A stretch of 64,000 bases of DNA from Chitinophagales bacterium (lineage in GTDB: Bacteria > Bacteroidota > Bacteroidia > Chitinophagales > LD1), in contig JANWXI010000002.1 of the NCBI GenBank assembly GCA_025057415.1, forward strand, positions 3,497 through 67,496, given 5' to 3'. Shown here one piece after another: positions 63,154 through 64,000 of the stretch. The translations under genes were made by a program, and so were the position numbers. Below the pieces are notes generated by a model. The model was given only the letters and a program-made list of their open reading frames with translations. It did no database searches and was not told the DNA's origin. Each line of letters starts with the position of its first letter. Position 1 is the first letter of the stretch.

Positions 63154-64000
63154 ATGACAAGAATTTTAGACCTTAATCATACAGACGTAAGACAATTTTT
63201 TCTTAAAGCAGAAAGCTATTTCAACTTTGATCTTCCAAAATATTTTGTGTTTGAAAATTTATTGCAAGCTGTTTCCAATTATATCAGTGGACAAGAACTT
63301 TCAACTTTTTATTCTACATACACTAACAGTCAAGGACAAACCAAAAGACATTCTCCAGCAACCTTTGAAGATGTTAACTATAAATTCTTAAATAATAAAG
63401 ATGGAAAATTTGCTTGGCGACTATTACAACTAATACACCCAGCACTGTATATTTCACTAGTAAACAAAATCACTGAACAAGCTAATTGGAATTTAATTGT
63501 GAATCGGTTTGCTCAGTTTCAAGATAATCCAAAAATAAGATGTTACAGCATTCCATTACGTTCGGATGATCAACAGTCTGATAAAGCGACCTCAATTAGT
63601 CAATGGTGGCATGAAATTGAACAACAGTCATTGGAACTAGCATTGAAATACGAATATGTTTTACATACAGACATTTCAGACTGTTATGGCTCAATTTACA
63701 CACACTCAATACCTTGGGCCATTCATACAAAATCCGTAGCAAAAGCACATAGAAGAGACCAAAATCTCATTGGAAACATTATTGATAAACATTTGCAAGA
63801 AATGGCTTTTGGTCAAACAAATGGAATACCACAGGGAAGTGTTTTAATGGATTTTATAGCAGAAATTGTTCTTGGATATGCAGACTTAAAGTTATCACGC
63901 AGAATAGAGCAACACAACTTGCAGGACTATGAAATAATCAGATATAGAGATGATTATAGAATTTTTTCAAACAATCCCCAAACGGTCGAACATATTGCCA
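63154..64000 (+). CDS. Reverse transcriptase, Abi/UG-type (defence-associated-like), 3' end outside window
   Basis: Not in the supplied ORF track because there is no stop codon in the window. From ATG 63154 I translated 282 codons without a stop. N-terminal KAESYFNFDLPKYF and KDGKFAWRLLQLIHP. Motif A-like HTDISDCYGSIYTHSI, motif B-like NGIPQGSVLMDFIAEIVL and motif C IIRYRDDYRIF (YxDD). Confidence 0.85.
   Translation, partial: MTRILDLNHTDVRQFFLKAESYFNFDLPKYFVFENLLQAVSNYISGQELSTFYSTYTNSQGQTKRHSPATFEDVNYKFLNNKDGKFAWRLLQLIHPALYISLVNKITEQANWNLIVNRFAQFQDNPKIRCYSIPLRSDDQQSDKATSISQWWHEIEQQSLELALKYEYVLHTDISDCYGSIYTHSIPWAIHTKSVAKAHRRDQNLIGNIIDKHLQEMAFGQTNGIPQGSVLMDFIAEIVLGYADLKLSRRIEQHNLQDYEIIRYRDDYRIFSNNPQTVEHIA

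Noticed and set aside
1-64000. Mobile element, ICE or prophage interpretation of the accessory region
   Set aside because: I recognised no integrase, transposase, relaxase, tRNA attachment site or phage structural gene in the window. Only the compositional mosaic and the repeats hint at lateral origin.

Overview
This looks like a Bacteroidota chromosomal window. It has a PorP/SprF gene, a cargo protein with a type IX secretion (T9SS) C-terminal sorting domain, a fused DAHP-synthase/chorismate-mutase gene and TAnnTTTG-type promoter motifs. All family names come from motif reading and memory; no searches were run. 1-18.9 kb holds ordinary envelope and housekeeping genes: a class A PBP, BON and SH3 proteins, a 1350-aa delta-60/Ig-repeat T9SS cargo, the aro gene and a SpoIIM/DUF4129/DUF4350/MoxR/DUF58 operon. 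18.9-62.6 kb is the main feature, a tightly packed accessory supercluster of 38 genes made almost entirely of tailoring enzymes. It contains 8 radical-SAM enzymes (7 B12-binding type, 1 SPASM/twitch type) and 11 genes (12 domains) of Fe(II)/2-oxoglutarate (2OG) oxygenases: 3 LpxO/AspH-like, 6 PhyH-like including a di-domain fusion, 1 P4H-like and 1 JmjC. It also has 5 membrane-anchored SGNH paralogs, a pentaheme c-type cytochrome, a UbiA prenyltransferase, a GT-C glycosyltransferase, a flippase-like protein, two paralogous ~550-aa polytopic membrane proteins and an orphan Wzt/TagH-like ABC ATPase. The terminal block is sugar-modification genes: Gfo/Idh/MocA, GT2, nitrilase-family, WbpG-like amidotransferase and carbamoyltransferase. 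I found no scaffold-forming enzyme, precursor peptide, Wzx/Wzy/Wzm, transposase or integrase. By eye the cluster alternates between AT-rich and GC-richer blocks that carry paralogs of the same families. A GC-rich double-hairpin repeat occurs three times (11.9, 41.4 and 62.8 kb, the last inverted) and shows compensatory stem substitutions. After the third copy the sequence turns abruptly AT-rich and carries a partial Abi/UG-type (defence-associated-like) reverse transcriptase gene. That gene runs off the window edge and is missing from the ORF track. I recognised no rRNA, tRNA or CRISPR.
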